DNA from: Amoeboaphelidium protococcarum X5
Taxonomy: Eukaryota; Fungi; Aphelidiomycota
Assembly: GCA_023515725.1 (NCBI GenBank)
Contig: JALDTO010000192.1
Location: 372,001 to 436,000, forward strand
Direction: 5' to 3'
DNA length: 64,000 nucleotides
How positions within the stretch are numbered: position 1 is the stretch's first letter; each line of letters begins with the position of its first letter. Shown here piece after piece: positions 60,622 through 64,000 of the stretch. The notes beneath the pieces were generated by a model that was not told the DNA's origin, did not search any database, and saw nothing but the letters and a program-made list of their open reading frames with translations. Position numbers and translations under genes: made by a program.

Positions 60622-63600
60622 ATGTCTGATAGTGATAGTGAGTTTGGTGCCATGGTTGAGTCTTCCTACCAGGCTAGTTCTGATGATTTTTCACCTAAAC
60701 CAAAGAAGACTAAGCTGGCAAAGAGTGTAACTGCTGCATCCAAATCTACAAAGTCAAAGGCTGCCAGTGGTGTTGGTAAAAGCAAGCAGTTATCAAAGTC
60801 TAAGAAAATTGCGTCTTCTGATTTAACCCAGTCTTCTGCTGCCCATGGTGGTGCTGATTCATCTGATGATGATGATGAATTTGACAGTTTCGTGGCTCCA
60901 TAGAATAAGTCAAAGCCGACAATGTCTAAAGTGGCCAAGACTAAAAGTGTGCCCAAGTCGACTAAATCAGCAGCAAGTAAGCAAAAGATCTTGGTTTAAT
61001 CTGATGCTAACGACTACTAGGATGGTGGTGATAGTTTTTCAGCTGAGGCAGAGCAGGAGAATGTCCGTCCTGCCGCCCAGCCTACTGTCTCAAATGGCTA
61101 AAACTAAAAGAGTAAGACTATTGAGGAGATTTATCAGAAGAAGAGTCAATTGGAGCATATTCTGCTGAGACCTGATACTTATATTGGCTCTGTTGAATCT
61201 ATCAAATAGTAGATGTGGGTGTGGGAGTAGGCTGAGAATGAGCATGGTGGTACCATGGTGTTTCGTGATATTTCTTACGTACCTGGTTTCTATAAAATAT
61301 TTGATGAGATCCTGGTGAACGCCGCCGATAATAAGCAGAGAGATCCGTCAATGGATGTTCTGAAGGTGGTCATCGACAAGGAGAATGGCGTGATTTCCGT
61401 TCACAATAGTGGTAAAGGTATTCCTATTGAGATTCACGCTGTGGAGAAAGTCTATGTTCCTGAGTTGATTTTTGGTCATCTCTTAACCTCTAGCAATTAT
61501 GATGACAATGATCGTAAAGTCACTGGTGGTAGAAATGGTTATGGTGCCAAGTTGTGTAACATTTTCAGTACAGAGTTTACCGTGGAAACTGCTGACAAGG
61601 TGTCTGGTAGGAAGTATAAGTAGGTATTCTCGAATAATATGTCAGTGAAAGGAGAGCCAAAGCTGTCCTCGAATTCAAGAGAAGAAGAGTACACTAAAAT
61701 TACGTTCAAGCCTGATTTTGGCAAATTTGGAATGGATGGAATCGATCATGATATTGAAGCTCTTCTGCAAAAGCGTGTGGTGGACATGGCTGGCTGTTTG
61801 AAGAATGTAAAGGTGTACTTGAATGATTAGCGTATCAAAATTAAGAATTTCAGACAATACGTTGATCTTTTCGTCTCATCCAAGGATAACAATGCTGTAG
61901 TTCTGGGTGGTCAGAAGCCTGTTGTTGTCCATGAGATTGTGAATGATCGTTGGGAAGTTGCTTTTACTCTCAGTGAAGGCCAATTTCAGTAGGTATCATT
62001 TGTGAACTCTATCTCCACATCGAAGGGTGGTACTCATGTCAACCATGTTGCTGATACTGTTGTATCCAAGATTATTGATGCCATTCAGAAGAAGAATAAG
62101 GCTGCTCCTGTCAAGTCATTTTAAATCAAGAATTAAATGTGGCTATTCATTAATTGTCTTATTGAAAATCCTGCCTTCGACTCTCAGACCAAAGAAAATA
62201 TGACTTTGAAATCTAGTCAGTTTGGAAGCAAATGTGCAATTAGTGATGAGTTTGTTAATAAGGTGAAAAAGTCTGGCCTGATTGAGAATGTCTTGCATTG
62301 GGCTAAATCCAAATAAGACCTCATGTTGAAGAGGACTGATGGATCTAAGCGAATCAGAATTGCTGGAATCACAAAGCTTGATGATGCGAACAAGGCCGGT
62401 TCCAAGGATGGTTCCAAGTGTACATTGATTGTTACTGAGGGAGACAGTGCTAAAACTCTGGCCGTTACCGGTCTAGGTGTCATTGGCAGAGATTATTATG
62501 GCGTGTTTCCATTGCGTGGTAAGTTGCTAAATGTCCGTGAAGCTACTCACAAGCAGATTATGGAGAATGCAGAGATTAATAATATAAAGTAGATTATGGG
62601 CCTGTAGCATGGTAAGAAGTACACTGATACGTCGACCCTTCGCTACGGACATTTGATGATCATGACTGATCAGGATCACGATGGTTCCCATATCAAAGGT
62701 TTGATACTGAATTTCCTGGATCACTTCTTCCCTGAGCTGCTTCATCTGGAAGGTTTCTTGTGCGAATTTATTACTCCGATTGTGAAAGCTACTAAAGGAA
62801 AGAACTCTGTTACTTTTTATACCATACCTGAGTACGAGTAGTGGCTCGAGGAGACTGATGGCGCAGTTGGCTGGAGTATTAAATATTACAAGGGTCTCGG
62901 AACCAGTACCAAGGAAGATGCCAAGTAGTATTTCTTGAATCTTGCTCATCATAAGAAGGAGTTTGGTCCGATTTCTGAAGAGGAGCGTGATATGATTGAT
63001 ATGGCTTTTAATAAGAAGAAGACGGATAATAGAAAAGAGTGGTTGAGAGCTTTCAAGCCTGGCACTTTTATTGATCACAGCACTGATCAGATTAGTGTAT
63101 CAGATTTTATTAATAAAGAGCTAATTCTGTTCAGCATGGCTGATAATATCAGATCTATTCCTAATGTCGTTGATGGGTTGAAGCCTGGTTTGCGCAAGAT
63201 TGTCTATGCTTGTTTCAAAAGAAATCTAGTGAAGGGTGAGATCAAGGTTGCGCAGCTTAGTGGTTATGTTGCTGAGCACTCTGCATATCATCATGGTGAA
63301 GTCAGTCTTTAGTCGTCTATCGTTGGTTTGGCATAGAACTTTGTTGGTAGCAATAATATCAATTTACTGGAGCCTATCGGTTAGTTTGGTAGTCGCTTGC
63401 AAGGAGGTAAAGATGCTGCAAGCGCTCGTTATATTTTCACTCGACTGACTTCTATCGCTCGTAAAATATTTCACAAATTCGATGACAATCTGTTGAAATA
63501 TCTGACTGATGATGGCCAAAAGATTGAGCCCGATTGGTACATTCCTGTGATGCCGCTGTTGTTGGTAAATGGAGGTGAAGGTATTGGTACGGGTTGGAGT

Positions 63601-64000
63601 TGCTCTATTCCTAATTACAATCCAAGAGATATCGTGGAGAATTTGAAGAGATTGATGCTGAATTAAGAGATGGTCCAAATGCATCCATGGTATCGCGGAT
63701 TCCACGGCGATTTGGTAGACTTAGGAAATGGAAAGTATAATGTGTGCGGTAAGATCACCAAGGTTGATGCAACGACTTTGGAAATTACCGAACTTCCTGT
63801 ACGCTTCTGGACTCAGACTTACAAAGAGTTTCTGGAGTCTCTGCTGACTGGAAATGAAAAGACTCCTGCGTTCATCAAGGACTACAAGGAATACCACTCT
63901 GACTCTACTGTGCACTTTGTTATTCATTTGACTGAAGCCAATATGGCTGCTGCAGAGAAGGAAGGCTTGGAAAAGAAGTTCAAGATGGTCTCTTCAATTT
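60622..64000 (+). CDS. TOP2: DNA topoisomerase II (3' end outside the window; upstream in-frame ATG at 60493)
   Basis: EHILLRPDTYIGS, DEILVNAADN, GGRNGYGAKLCN, TEGDSAK, PLRGK, MTDQDHDGSHIKG, YYKGLGTS, AASARYIFT. Confidence 0.98.

Noticed and set aside
1-64000. Mass pseudogenisation as the cause of the fragmented ORFs
   Set aside because: The interruptions are TAA/TAG at Gln positions in essential genes with frames preserved, which indicates code reassignment.
1-64000. tRNA, rRNA, CRISPR arrays and prokaryotic operons
   Set aside because: None seen by eye; the sequence is eukaryotic with spliceosomal introns.

Overview
Gene-dense eukaryotic nuclear DNA: about 37 protein genes, short 51-77 nt spliceosomal introns and a U1 snRNA. 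The supplied ORF track is fragmented because TAA and TAG encode glutamine here (table 6) and TGA is the normal stop. TAR falls on invariant Gln positions in EF-Tu, Arp2, Rad54B and the PQ-loop motif, and in polyQ runs. Fungal-type genes (homoaconitase Lys4, PacC/Rim101, GT15 mannosyltransferase, Nnk1-like kinase), a ciliary B9D2 and TAR=Gln together point to an aphelid such as Amoeboaphelidium protococcarum (inference, not a database result). Highlights: (1) an intact 810-aa Crypton-like tyrosine recombinase with a full catalytic set, written in the host code and head-to-head with a host kinase; (2) a Cdc20 whose expected terminal LR tail is followed by TAA TAG, with no TGA for 105 codons; (3) three paralogous small secreted 4-Cys proteins, two of which share a CCAAT/TATA module with a fourth secreted gene and U1; (4) an ADP-ribosyltransferase-fold protein; (5) a CBA1-like cobalamin-binding protein; (6) a fimbrin actin-binding domain fused to a long coiled coil; (7) apparently N-terminally shortened Sec3 and Lys4; (8) a frameshifted GST-kappa. 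All translations and coordinates were worked out by eye with TAR=Gln.
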